This document shows, piece by piece, positions 22,008-35,679 of a stretch of DNA of 57,225 bases. The number at the start of each line of letters is the position of its first letter. Within the stretch, counting starts at the first letter, position 1. This DNA is from Octopus bimaculoides (Eukaryota). The stretch covers positions 24,103,160-24,160,384 of the forward strand of contig NC_068996.1 of NCBI RefSeq assembly GCF_001194135.2, read 5' to 3'. The position numbers and the translations under genes were made by a program. Below the pieces are notes generated by a model. It was not told the DNA's origin. It did no database searches and saw nothing but the letters and a program-made list of their open reading frames with translations.

Positions 22008-22310
22008 CTCTGTCTATCGCTTTCCTCCTATATATCCGCTCTGACTTTATCTGACTTTCTCTCTCCGTCTCTGTCTATCGCTTTCCTTCTATATATCCGT
22101 TCTGCCTTTATCTGACTTCCTCTCTCTCTCTCTCTTTCTCCCTCTATCTCCTTCTCTCTCCCTCTTTCTCTCACTGTCTATAGCTTTCCTCCTATATATC
22201 CGCTCTGCTTTTATTTGACTTCCTCTCTCCCTTTCCCTCTCTATCTCTTTCTCTCTGTCTATCGCCTTCCTCCTCCTATATATATATCCGTTCTGCCTTT
22301 ATCTAACTCT
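22008..22310. repeat. About 50-bp unit repeated 4 times (ctgtctatcgctttcctcctatatatccgctctg.ctttatctgactt) within a CT-rich tract
   Basis: Direct reading of the sequence. Confidence 0.85.
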
Positions 22311-23139
22311 TACTCTCTCTCCATTTCCTCGACTTATTTGTTTTCTCTATGCTCAAAAAAAAAAAAAGAAATTAAAAAAGAAAAGAAAAATGCGGGGGAG
22401 GAAGATTGTAAAGCAAAGAAGATTTGCCTGTTTATTTATTTATTTATTATTACTTTTTCTTCTTGTTATTGCGTGAGAATAGTTAGCACGGTGGGTATTT
22501 CATAATGAAAACTATAGTTTCTCACTCACACACACTTCAAAGTATAAGGCTTAGGGTAGTTAACTTCTTTCCCACTTGACATTCATCAACTTCTAAATTA
22601 AAATGCAGTGCGAGCCCTCATTTTCTTCTTCTTCTTCTTCTTCTTCTTCTTCTTCTTCTTCTTCTTNNNNNNNNNNNNNNNNNNNNNNNNNNNNNNNNNN
22701 NNNNNNNNNNNNNNNNNNNNNNNNNNNNNNNNNNNNNNNNNNCTCTCTCACTTTCTTTCTCATCTTCCTTCTTGCTTTCTTTTTTCTTTTCGTCTTAGTC
22801 TTTCAAGATTCTCTCTGTTTAATCTCTAAATGAAGATATATATATATATATATATATATATAACTTACACCCTCACACACATAGGCAAACACATACGGAC
22901 ACACGCGTACACCCGCACTCACACATGCACACCACCTCACCTCTCAACCACACATCCGTCCACTGCTAAACCCTACTACCGCTACTAATCTGTTCGCTTC
23001 ATTCCCCCACACAAACACCACTCATAACCACAAACACACGTACGCTGATACTAACACACACACACGGGTCATCTTTGCCCTCTCCTACTTAAAAAAAACA
23101 AAAAAACTTTCTCTATTTCTCTGCAGTTCCGGCCAATCA

Positions 23140-23345
23140 TTTTTCAACCATGTAATGACACACGTGCATTTTCTCGCGCTATCCCTTTTCCTTCTCTCTG
23201 AACTTTTCCTCTTTTTGACGAAGAACCAATGCTCGAAACGTCACACCCTCTTTTTTTTTTTTTTACATCTTAAACTTTCTCTGAGCGTCAGTTTAATATA
23301 TTTACTGTATACGGTCCTTTTAACTTCTGTTGTTTTTTCCGCTTT
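23140..23345 (+). mobile_element. Penelope-type 3'-end repeat, decayed HHR core at 23215-23242
   Basis: UUGACGA-A-GAAC-CAAU-GCUC-GAAAC-GUC; homologous to 4495-4658. Confidence 0.5.
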
Positions 23346-24483
23346 TATTATTTATTCTTGATTTGCTTAAATGTGTATACATATCCTATCTGTGTCTGTC
23401 TATCCATTATTCATCCATCCTTACATACATATATAATTCCAGAAAGACCGCCCTCCAGGTGGTTTTCCAAAAGTCTCTTAATAACTTTTACTCATTTAAT
23501 CCTCAATTTGTGTAATTTAATTTTTTTTACATGTTAGTCAATTTTAGTATTAATAACCTATACACAATTTAATAAAGGTGAGAGAGAAAGAGAGAAAGAG
23601 AGAGAGAGAGAAAGTTGATAAGAAAGAAAGGAAAAATAACAGAATGTGTAGAGGAAAGAAGAAAATTATATGTTGAACTAAAAAATTTTAATGTGAAAAT
23701 AGGTAGTGCAGTGTGTATATTGTATTATACACGCTTATGTATAACCGAATGAAACTTGAAGTACGAAAATTCTATGTAATTTTTATACAGTTAATAAATA
23801 CACAATAAAAATGTTCCCAGATGATGACAAAAGAAAAAAATGGAGGCTGAGAGTTAGGATATTAAAGATAATGATATAGAAAGATTATACAGGCGATGAA
23901 CAAGGAAGAGATGGAAAGAAAAGAAAATAGTAAGTTGTTTGAAATCAGCAGAAGAAAAGAGATACAACGTAAGACGTTAAAGCAGTAAATAAAATTGTTT
24001 TCTGATTAGCATATAATTGAAATCTTCAGTAATAAATGAAAGTTAAAACCACATTTTGATAAAAATATATCAAAATTGGAAATTATTAGAATTTTATCGT
24101 CAGTGGAGACCTTAATAATTGCTTTCTTTTAGTAAAAGTTACATACTTCAACTTATCATTAAGCAACTTTCTCTATTATAGTATGTATGTATGTATGTAT
24201 GTATGTATGTATGTATGTATGTATGTATGTATGTACGTATGTATGTATGTATGCATGTATGTATGCATGTATGTAAGTATGTATGTATATGTATAATGTA
24301 TGTATCTGTGTGTGTGTAGTTATACATACATATACACAACGTTCACACACAGACATACACATATATATGCTCTTTTTCTAGTGGCTTTCGACTAATTTCT
24401 CCAATAAAAGAGATGTAGAATAAAAAAAAATAACACATTATCATATTATCATATTCTCTTTTTTTTCTGTCTCACTTTCTCTT

Positions 24484-24548
<65 letters not shown>

Positions 24549-24677
24549 AACTCGCTCCCTCTCTCTCTCTTTCTCCATTCATAAAGTCAGTTACGTCAGA
24601 TTTCTATGGACAGAGTTTTATATAAATGACCTTTTGAAATAACAATAACAATAACAACAGCAATAACAACAACAACA

Positions 24678-24723
<46 letters not shown>

Positions 24724-25869
24724 TAAAAATAATAATAATAATAATAATAATAATAATCTAAATAAGTAAATATTCTATTTTAGTAAAAGTGTTGCTGTTT
24801 TAATGAATAGTCTCGCTTTATTCTAGTAACGAGTTTACTTTTTCTTTTTGTTTTGCAAAGTTGTGTGTGTATAAAAAATAAATCTAAAAAAAAACTGGAA
24901 TCCAAGGAAACTTCGTGATGGTCTCTGCATCGGTAGAGAGAGAAAAAAAAGGGAAAAAGGAAAACAAGATCAACGAATAGTAAATAAAATACATGAATAG
25001 CTAAAAATAAAAATTAAAAAAGAATCGTGTGCCATGGAGGAAAAGTGAGTTCTCTGATACTTCAGGTAGGGGCCATTCTTTTGAAGCAATGAGAAGAGTA
25101 TTGGGAAGGCTGTGAATGAAGTTGAGGAATAAACGTGTAGGTGTGGGTGTATGGATCAGTGTGTCTTTTCTTTCTTTCTTTGTGTGGCGAAGCGAAAAGG
25201 TACGTATGTGTGTGAGTGTGTGTAAGATAAGGGCGTGCCAATGTGTGTGAGTGAGTGTGTATGTGTACTTAATGGTAGTGTGCTAATGATTAGAGGTGTA
25301 TATATGTGTGAGAGAGACACTTGTATTCATAGGATAAGAGGTGTGTCAGCGCTCTTTATATAAATACATGTATGTGAATATGTATATAAATACACACACA
25401 TATATATATGTATATGTATGTATTATATATATATGTGTATACGTATTAGATATATATTTGTGTATGTGTATAATGTATACATGTATGCGCCCACATACAC
25501 GTATGCATGTATATATAATACGCATAAATATGTTATATAATGTATAGAATATATATACATATATGTGTGCGTATGTTTATGATTCGGTGAGGTGGGGATG
25601 TGTGTGAACATATCTGAAAGATTGTGCGTAGTGTGAATGTATATTTATATAAGAGAAATAGTATTTATATAAGAGAATGTGTTTATTCTGTGTATGTATG
25701 CGCAAGTAAATAACAAGAATTCAGCGAATATTACTTATGCTAGGTAGAAACACACACACACACACACACACAGGTACTTCCGGATTGGAGAGTATCGTTG
25801 TCTTGGTTTTCTAAAGCAATTCCATTCGCATCTTTAAAGAAATAAAAAAAGATTTTTAAAAAAACCCTG

Positions 25870-25975
25870 TCACCGTCGTTGGGATTTGAACTTGGGGTGT
25901 AGAGAGCTGTAACTAAAAGTAGTACTTTAATCTAATGCTCTAACGATTTCGCCAATCCACCTCCAGAAGATTTGC
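25870..25975 (-). mobile_element. Decayed SINE family B-like head
   Basis: gggatttgaact...ctaacgatttcgccaatccacct. Confidence 0.5.
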
Positions 25976-26565
25976 CAAAATGGACATAGGAACACAAATG
26001 GAAATATTGTGACAATATCTAATGTAAACTTTTCTTTGCATCTCGATTCAAACATCAGCTGACGGGACATTTCAATTTTAAGCTAAGGTTGCATTTTCTT
26101 GTTTGGACTTTTGCTTTCAAAACTTGTTCCAGTTTCTGACAAAACTTTCTTTCTTTCATTCATTCATTCTTTCTGTCTTTCTTTCTTTCTACGGGTGGGA
26201 TTGGGGGTGATCTTAACTGTATAGGTAGATGTAGGTTGGTAGAGCTGCTATATGTTGGTGTAGGCATGGCCGAGTAGTTTAAGAAGTTCGTTCAATAACT
26301 GCAAGGTTACTGGTTCGCAATCCTACAGCTTGAGCAAAATGGCACTTTCGTCTTTTTATCATTGTAACATCGGGTTGACCCAAACCTACGGAGTAACGCA
26401 AACTGAAAGTTTGTTGGATGGATTGTACTGTAAATTCAAAAGCATCGATCTTGTCAAACTTATGTAGCGTTGATTCTGTGTTATGAATACAAGTCTTTGG
26501 GATACCAAGCGGCTATAAAATTCAAACACTCAGTACTTCTGAATGTTCAATATAATATACACCTA

Positions 26566-26788
26566 AGGGCGGCGAGCTGGCAGAATCGTTAGCACGCCGG
26601 GCGAAATGCATAGCGGTATTTCGTCTGCCGTTACGTTCTGAGTTCAAACTCCGCCGAGGTCGACTTTGCCTTTCATCCTTTCGGGGTCGATTAAATAAGT
26701 ACCAGTTACGTACTGGTGTCAGTATAATCGACTTAAACCCTTTGTTTGTCCCCTCTATGTTTAGCCCCCTGTGGGCAATAAAGAATTA
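26566..26788 (+). mobile_element. Full-length SINE family B
   Basis: Near-identical to 13531-13766; 17-bp TSD aatataatatacaccta at 26549-26565 and 26789-26805. Confidence 0.93.
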
Positions 26789-26811
26789 AATATAATATAC
26801 ACCTACCTTTT

Positions 26812-27100
26812 ATTTGTTTCAATCATTAGATTACCCCCGTTCTGGAGCAACATTTTGGAAGGGTTTTAGTCGAATAAATCGACCCCAGTACTTTTCTACT
26901 TTTAAAGTCTGGTACTTATTCTATTTTTTTCTTTTGCCGAATTCCTAGGCTACATGACGTAAACAAACCAACACCCGTTGTCAAGTGGTGACAGTGGTGG
27001 TAGAACAAACACACACACACACACACACACACAGCGAGCTTCCACACAGTTTCCGTTTCTGAATTCACTCACAAGTCGGTCCAAGGGCTATTAATCAAAC
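26812..27100 (-). mobile_element. Decayed SINE family A
   Basis: tttagtcgaataaatcgaccccagtac...cacacagtttccgt...attcactcacaag. Confidence 0.7.
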
Positions 27101-27298
27101 AACCATACCTGCACCTATCTCTATTTGTACAATAAAGTCGTAGGATTACCTCTTCATATTGAACATTGTCAGATCACTTAGAATAAAGAACTCAGAAGTG
27201 GTTGGTTTGAGTGCCAATGTTTTATTAAAAGCAATGAATCTCTTGTTGGCTTCGTTGTTTTTTGTTTTTTTTAATGACGTGTGTCTGTTTGTGTGTGT

Positions 27299-27346
<48 letters not shown>

Positions 27347-27499
27347 TATGTGATACCGATTCTTCTAGCAAGAGGATTACGTTAAGAGTGCAAGAGTCTG
27401 TGTTGAATACTCAGTCATTCATTTACACCTCGTATTCAACTGCAAAAACACTCATCGTTAAAACCGACGGAAATCAGTCACTTTAGATATACGTTGATC

Positions 27500-28010
27500 T
27501 GTCGATAGCCTGTTGCTGTTTGTTAGTTCAAGCTCCATCTGATCCTGCCATGATCAATCATTTCATCTTTTATTTTATCTGGAACAATTTATCTAGGACT
27601 AATTATCTAATGTGTCTTTTTTTTGTTTGTTTTTTAATACGACATTGTGATCTGGGGAGAATGTGGCTGATATTTGTAGATCGAGTAACTTAACTGCGCA
27701 GAGATTCCCTCATTCACACTTTTCTAGGTGGGTTGATAAGTAGGTATGTAGGTTGATAGGTGGGTGGTGGATGGGTGAGGACGGTATACTTGGTTGTTAT
27801 TGGTTGTTTAACTTCAGGTCAGCCTTATTCCAGGAGGCTTATAATCAAAGCAGTTCTTGCCGTGACTATCATTTTTTCTTATTAGCAAGGAACCCAGGAG
27901 CACATTATCCAACATGTCCCCTTCTAAGACGGTAGAATGTGATTTGAGAGAAATTTGGTTCCTATTTCTACCTGTTTTGCCTATTGCTTATCACGTACAG
28001 GTCTCTTTGG

Positions 28011-28056
<46 letters not shown>

Positions 28057-28812
28057 CATGCAAAAATCAGTAAAATGTGATCTGAGGGAAATTTAGCTGC
28101 TATTTCTAGCATGTAGAACTCTACATGGTCTAGCTACTATGTAGAGTTTTTGTTGGTTTATTCCTATGTACATATCAGGTCTAGCTACCATGTTTGGGGT
28201 CTCTCGTTAGTTCATATTTGTAAAATTCATATATACGTAAGACATGCGATTTGAGTGACATTTGGCCAATATTTTTACTTCTAGCCACCACAATTTAAGC
28301 TCCTTGGTTGGCTCAACAGATCTTTTTTGTGCGTGCATGGATGTATCAAGATAGCCACATACGTTTTCAAGAATTAATTTGTTGCTTGGCCCCTGATCAA
28401 CGATTCTTGAGCAGACATGTTAACCGAATGTATTTCTGAAGTGACCATTTGTTTTTAATAGTATGTTTAGGATTACATTGAGCTATGTAAGCGTGTCCTT
28501 CGTTTTGCATTTTTGCTTTTTAAGACGGTATGTTATGATTTAAGAGAATTTGGCAGTTATTTCTCACGGGTGGAATAACCGCGTGGACGATTTCCTGGTT
28601 TGAAGACACGGTTGAAAGAGAGGAAATAAAATGGACATAATTCACTTGTTAGTTCAGAATAATTTTATATGTTTAACGTACTGCATATAAGATGATGTTA
28701 ATGAGAGAGACAATCACGCACACTAACACATATATACAGTAACGAAAAAGCAACGACTATAGGTTGATTCTAGATCTATTTACATACTGAACATATGATG
28801 ATGGTTTGGTGC

Positions 28813-28867
<55 letters not shown>

Positions 28868-28886
28868 NNNNNNNNNNNNNNNNNNT

Positions 28887-28934
<48 letters not shown>

Positions 28935-28945
28935 CATATATATAT

Positions 28946-28984
<39 letters not shown>

Positions 28985-29375
28985 CATATATATTTACATC
29001 ATTAACCTTTAATGGTTGAGCCTGGAGAAAAAAGATGGGTGAACAGTGTTCTTTCCACCCTTAGGTCGCAATACTGGAAATAGCTTGCAGATCTCCCTGA
29101 AATCACTCCCCAGCGGTCTTAAAAATAAGACATGCTAAGGTAGTGTAAACATGGGTACGTCTTTCCCCCCCTCGTAAAAGACGTCTGAATGGTCAGGGAA
29201 TGATTGCTTTTTTTTTTTTAATCATAGGTAATGTCAATCGGGATCGTCTTTGGGGGCAAAGCAAACAAGAACTACTTTCGGCAAAAGCCAGCAACATTTA
29301 ATTTTTAACGGGTATTTACTTTTAAGAGGTAAAAAGAGAGAAATGACTACGTAATAACATGTGAGTGTGCGTATG

Positions 29376-29414
<39 letters not shown>

Positions 29415-29830
29415 GTATAGATGCGTATGTATGTATATCTATCTGTCGGTCTGTCTGTCTTATCTATCTGTGATTTATATTGTCAATAACCAAAATTTTT
29501 ATAAAGTTTAAACATTATATTAGTGTTACTTTTTGATTTACTTCCTTTCCTTTTCTTTTACTTTTTTTTCTTTTTGGTTGCGTGGTTTGTAGATCGGTGT
29601 TAAGTTGAAGTGAGCAAATTACATCTTTCAAGAAACTTTTCCAAAATATTACTGAGTCGACACCACTCAATGGATACATAGAGATATATGCATGCGTGTA
29701 TGCATGTATGTATATATAGTATGTGTATATATATATATATGTGTGTGTGTATGAGAGTGAGAGAGAGAGAGAAGTGGGTGATTGATGTTTTGTGCCAGGT
29801 CAGTCTGTGATCGAGCAGACATACTATAAC
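27500..29830. repeat. Cluster of 5-6 decayed copies of an unclassified interspersed repeat
   Basis: Recurrent tgtgatttgagggaaatttggctgctatttctagc-like motif near 27645, 27938, 28076, 28237, 28536 and inverted near 29080. Confidence 0.55.
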
Positions 29831-29982
29831 CAAACAAATACCAATAATAACCAGTCTATTTTTCCTATATGCAGGGAATACAGAGCAACATTTTCTAACA
29901 TCTTTTGTTTTTCTTTCTAAAAGGTAGAAGGGTGTATGAGTTGAGTGAGGTTTGACTGCTGTTTCTAATAGGTTTAACGAAT

Positions 29983-30044
29983 ATGCCGACAGAAGAGCCA
30001 GCTCCACTGCTAACTCGTAGAAAGACAGTTAAGTTTACACGCAG
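29983..30044 (+). CDS. Candidate first coding exon MPTEEPAPLLTRRKTVKFTR (unidentified)
   Basis: Non-repetitive frame, acceptor-like sites at 29874, 29923 and 29971, donor CAG|GTATCT at 30045; no downstream exon identified. Confidence 0.3.
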
Positions 30045-30759
30045 GTATCTGTCTATGTCGATATATGTGTTTATATATATATATATNNNNNNNNNNNNNN
30101 NNNNNNNNNNNNNNNNNNNNNNNNNNNNNNNNNNNNNNNNNNNNNNNNNNNNNNNNNNNNNNNNNNNNNNNNNNNNNNNNNNNNNNNNNNNNNNNNNNNN
30201 NNNNNNNNNNNNNNNNNNNNNNNNNNNNNNNNNNNNNNNNNNNNNNNNNNNNNNNNNNNNNNNNNNNNNNNNNNNNNNNNNNNNNNNNNNNNNNNNNNNN
30301 NNNNNNNNNNNNNNNNNNNNNNNNNNNNNNNNNNNNNNNNNNNNNNNNNNNNNNNNNNNNNNNNNNNNNNNNNNNNNNNNNNNNNNNNNNNNNNNNNNNN
30401 NNNNNNNNNNNNNNNNNNNNNNNNNNNNNNNNNNNNNNNNNNNNNNNNNNNNNNNNNNNNNNNNNNNNNNNNNNNNNNNNNNNNNNNNNNNNNNNNNNNN
30501 NNNNNNNNNNNNNNNNNNNNNNNNNNNNNNNNNNNNNNNNNNNNNNNNNNNNNNNNNNNNNNNNNNNNNNNNNNNNNNNNNNNNNNNNNNNNNNNNNNNN
30601 NNNNNNNNNNNNNNNNNNNNNNNNNNNNNNNNNNNNNNNNNNNNNNNNNNNNNNNNNNNNNNNNNNNNNNNNNNNNNNNNNNNNNNNNNNNNNNNNNNNN
30701 NNNNNNNNNNNNNNNNNNNNNNNNNNNNNNNNNNNNNNNNNNNNNNNNNNNNNNNNNNN

Positions 30760-30808
<49 letters not shown>

Positions 30809-31168
30809 AACACGATTACATATATATATGTGTATGTATGTATGTATGTGTTAGGTGCGGCTACAGTAGCACAGCTAGCCAGTGGTAGGCGTTATGATGT
30901 AGCAGTGTATTTTCAGTACATAAGCTTCCTTTTACATACTGCATCAATACAATAAAATACTAACAATAACAATAATATTAGCAACAACAGTAACATTAAT
31001 AATATGAAACTGAGAACTAAATTTTCGCCTATATATGTGTGTATGTGTGTGTGTAATTTGGATCATATTTCAAAAACAAATATTATTTTATTTTATTATT
31101 TACTTTACTGCTGTGGAGAAGAAATGAAGTTGTTTATAACTTAGAATGCTTATCTATCTGTCTGTATG

Positions 31169-31202
<34 letters not shown>

Positions 31203-31287
31203 TTTATCAATTCCCGAAACAAGAAACTCGGAGTGGAATAGTGACAGAATGAATCATCAGCTTCAATGAATAAACTCTCACCTTGCA

Positions 31288-31320
<33 letters not shown>

Positions 31321-31341
31321 CATGTATATATGTATGTATGT

Positions 31342-31396
<55 letters not shown>

Positions 31397-31784
31397 TACA
31401 CACACACATACGTACTACATATATTATAGAACGTACGTATGCATGTGCGCTTGAGTTTAAAACAAAAATTAAAAAATGAGTGCTTAACACAAAATGAAGA
31501 GTGCAAATATTGTGGGTTTGGTTATTCAGTTATTCAGGGTTTTACGTTTGACATCTATTTACGGGACTTTCGCGTAAAAAGCGGTAAACGCAAAACTGAC
31601 TGACAAATAACAGCCTAAGTCATGTGTTGTATATGTAGGTATGTGTGCACCTGTGTGTGTGTGTGTGTGTGTGCGCTGGCGCGCGCGTGTGTACTATATA
31701 TATGTTACATAAAGGTTGCTTCCATTCACATGTTCTTAGTGAACATCTATAAAAATAAATATCAGGTGATATATGGTTTATATA

Positions 31785-32198
31785 TTCTTTTGTTTCAGTC
31801 ATTTGACTGCAGCCATGCTAGAGCACCGCCTCAAGGGGTTTTTTTTTTAGTCGAAGAAATCAACCCCAGGATTTATTCTTTGTAAGCCTAGTACTTACTC
31901 TGTCAGTGTTTAAATTGCCGAACCGCTGAGTTACGGGGACGTAAACACACCAACATCGGTTGTCAAGCGATGGTGAGGGGACAAACACAGACATAAAGAC
32001 ACAAATAAATAAATTATATATATATATATATATATATGACGGGCTTCTTTCAGTTTCCGTCTACCAAATCCACTCACAAGGCTTTGGTTGGCTTGAGGCT
32101 ATAGTAGAAGTCAGTTGCCCAAGGTGCCATGCAGTGGAACTGAACCTGGAACCATGTGGTTGGGACAATGCTTGTTACCACACAGTCACACCTGCACC
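31785..32198 (-). mobile_element. SINE family A
   Basis: Complete tail-to-head match with 12483-12899. Confidence 0.9.
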
Positions 32199-34262
32199 TC
32201 AGGTAAATGGTCCTGCTCAATATGTAGGAAAGGAGTTGGAAGAAATTCCATTCACTGCACCCAGTGTAAACTATGGACACATAAGAGGTGCTGTGGAATC
32301 ACAGGTAGATTAACAGATAAAGTAATCTTTGTATGTGGCAGATGTGCAGGAACAATAAGCACTAAGAGCACACAGGAATTAGATTGTCTCAAATGCCTAG
32401 GAGGTTCTCTTGAGGCTGTAGATAGTTTCTGTTACCTAGGTAACCAAATTAGCAATGGTGGAGGATGCTTTGAAAGTATTGTTTCTATAATAAGAATTGG
32501 GTGGAGGAAGTTTGGAGGGCTATTACCTCTGTTGGCAACAAAAGGACTTGTGTGTGAATGGCTATACTCTATGGTAGTGAGACATGGGCTCTGAATGTAG
32601 AGGACAGGTTGTATGCTCCATTGAATGTGCAACATCAGTACACATGTATGGCAAAGTACAAATGTATTGAGAGAAAAGGTAAGCATAAAAGGAATCAAAT
32701 GTAGCATGCAAGAGAGAAGACTATGTTGGTTTGGACATGTGATGTGTATGAATGAGGACAGCTGTATAAAGAAGTGCTGATCACTGAAAGTGGATGGTAT
32801 CGCAGGAAGAGGGAAACTCAGGAAGATGTTGGATGAAATGGTAAGGACTGATCTCAGAATGTTAAGCCTCACAGAGGAAATGACAATGGACTGAGATTCT
32901 GGCAATGTGTTCTTGAGAAGACCTGTCCACATCAGCGAAACTGAGTTCTAGAAGCATTGTGTCCCACCTACACTTAATAAGAAAACTTCTCACATACTCT
33001 ACCACAACAATTCAAACTATGTCTCTACATCTCTTCTCTTCCTCACATTTCTGCTTCATGCACTGTGCTTACCTCCCACTCCCCAGTTCTGTCTTCTTGG
33101 CCCTGTGCTACTGTATCATTGCTCTCTGCTAGCTTCCGACCTGTGTGTCCCACCTTACATGCCCTGTCTCACTGTTCTATTGCTATCTGCTAGCCCCCAA
33201 CTTGTGTGTTCCATCCGCACATAAGAAAACCTTTCCCTCATCCTACCCTAACAAACCAATCTACATCTCCATATCTCTTCTCTTCCTCACATTTCCTCCT
33301 GCATACACTATGCCTAGCTCTCACTACCCATTCCTGTCCTCACGGCCCTGTTCCTCTGTATCATTNNNNNNNNNNATACACTATGCCTAGCTCTCACTAC
33401 CCATTCCTGTCCTCACGGCCCTGTTCCTCTGTATCATTGCTATCCGGTAGCCCCCCCCCCACTTTATATAAACCCAGCTTTACACCACTCGCTCCCCCCA
33501 CTCTGCACTCTTTAATCACACTTCCTTTGAAATATCCTGCTAGTTATATTATGTCATTTGAACCTCAAGGGTATGCCCTGGTACTTGCCACCATCTATAT
33601 CTCTCTCTTCCTTTACTCAACCATCTAATTTATATTCTGATCCCCGTCCCTTGTGAGTATGTCCAGCATTTTGCTACCATCTTTATCCTGCTGTCTCCCA
33701 CTCTCTCTCTCCTTCTCCTGCATTTCCCTCAGGTTGGGAACCATGTATTTTCTTTGCAGTAGTACACCTGTTTCTATCTTCATTCCTGATCTCTCTCTCC
33801 CCACCTCTCTCTCTGGCTGGTAACCTTATACTTCCTCTATAGCAAGACACCTGTTTCTGTACTTTGTCTCACTATAACCTTTCATCATCCGACACAAGAT
33901 CGTCTCCTCCAATGCCTCCTCTCCTCTTGAAAGTCTTTTTGTTTTGTCTTGCAAGGTACTTGGTGACCCTGTCAGTGCAGGTGCCACTTAAAAGCACCCA
34001 ATCCACATTGTAAAGTGGTTGACATTTGGAAGGGCATCCGGCTGTAAAAACCTTGCCAAAACTGACCTCACCTGTGCTTGTGCTATGTAAAAAGCACTTA
34101 GTCGACTCTGCTGAATGGATGGTGTTAGGAAGGGCGTCCAGCTGTAAAAATCCTGCCAAAACAGTCACAGAAGTCTGGTGCAGGCTTCTGCCTGGCAAGC
34201 TCTTGTAAAACTGTCCCACTCATGCTAGCATGGAAGGCACACGTTAAATGATGATGATGATG
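32199..34262 (+). mobile_element. 5'-truncated RTE: PHD finger, ORF2 C-terminus, long CT-rich UTR and (GAT)n tail
   Basis: CSIC..CTQC..H..C..CGRC then VDSFCYLG..GGGC..RIGWRKF..LLPLL; RRLCWFGHVM; UTR ends catgctagcatggaagg..cgttaaatgatgatg. Confidence 0.85.
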
Positions 34263-34294
34263 ATATATTGTATTTTTTATCTTTTTACTTATTG

Positions 34295-34640
34295 CAGTCT
34301 TCAGACTGTGATCATGCTGTGGCAACACCTTGAAGATTTTAATGGAACAAATCGATTCCAGTGCTTACTTGTTTTTAAACCTCATATTTATTCTGTCGGG
34401 CACTTTGGCCAAACCACTAGTAATAGGACATAAACAAACCAGCACTGGTTGTCAAACGCCAGGGTGGGACAGACAAATGCAAAGACACACATGCACACAG
34501 AGCACATATATGTGGTGGGCCTCTTTCAGTTTCCCTTTACCAAATCCACTCTCAAGGCATTGGTCGGTTGGAGGCAATAATAGAAGATACTTGCCTGAGA
34601 TGCCATGTAGTGAAACTGAACCCAGAACCATGTGATAAAG
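34295..34640 (-). mobile_element. Decayed SINE family A
   Basis: ttgcagtcttcagactgtgatcatgctg...ctttcagtttccctttaccaaatccactc...gaacccagaaccatgtg. Confidence 0.75.
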
Positions 34641-34644
34641 GAGT

Positions 34645-34932
34645 AAGCTTCTTAAGGCAACTGCAGGAGAAATACCTAGCCAAAGATAAACCTCTGTACT
34701 TGGCTTTCGTTGACTTGGAGAAAGCTGTTGACGGGGTCCCCCGATCCCTTATCTAGAAACTAGGGATAGATAAGTGGTTGGTGAGAGCTGTACAAGTCCT
34801 GTACAGGGATACTACCAGTAAGGTGAGAGTGGGCAACAAGTACAAGTAGGGGTTTACCAAAGATTGGTGCTCAGCTTCCTCTTGTTCATCATAGTCCTCA
34901 AGGCAATAACAGAGAAATTCAAGACAGGCTGC
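34645..34932 (+). pseudogene. RTE reverse transcriptase fragment
   Basis: RQLQEKYLAKDKPLYLAFVDLEKAVDGVPR...KLGIDKWLVRAVQVLY. Confidence 0.85.
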
Positions 34933-35679
34933 TTTCTTGTTCTTCTGAATGTTACTAATCAAGTCATTTGTCTTTCTATTAATCTTCATCCTTTCACTGT
35001 TGGTGATCTTTTTTCCTCTGTCTTGTAAGAAAGGTTTTAATTTAGATCATTTAAAACATGAAGTTAATATCATAGAATGAGGGATAGTCTTGCATTAGTT
35101 GGTATCAAGTGGACCGTTGCATTTGAATTTTCATTGAGAATTTGAAAATACACTGTAAAATCTGTAGCTTTAACACCAAATAAAATATCTTGAATGAATT
35201 TGAAAAGAAATGAAGAATTTGCTTCTTAGTTGCATTTTTGACATGAGGAAAAATAGTTAAGGTTATTTATCATTAGCTGGGAAGGAAAAAAATGTTAATT
35301 TATGGCAAAAAGCTTACACTGCAGAGTTATGTCACATATAAGCCCAGAATCAGAATGTAATTGAAGACTGAACTCATTAAGATGTGTTATTAAGTCAGTC
35401 AAGGGTGCTAATTTCCACAACCATTTACCATTTGCAAGTTGCAGATGAGCACAATTTTTCTCATTCCAAAGAAAACAAAAAAGAAAAAGAAAAAAAAAGC
35501 AAAGCAAAAAATATCAACTTCCATCTAGAGTAAAAAATTCATGAGATAACTTTACCGCTACTAAGCTATATTACAACAGTGTGGTTTGGCAAATTGCTCT
35601 ATTCAGATTCCATTTCTTCTTAAAATGTTTGAAACTGGTGATGATTGAATTCTTGTAATCAAAATAAATCCTCTGTTAA

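Noticed and set aside
30853-30888. Second exon (RCGYSSTASQW) for the 29983 peptide
   Set aside because: The acceptor sits in a (TGTA)n repeat with no pyrimidine tract; alternatives at 36066 and 37860 are equally unsupported.
33303-33438. Exact 63-bp direct repeat
   Set aside because: It flanks a 10-N gap, typical of a scaffolding overlap artefact.
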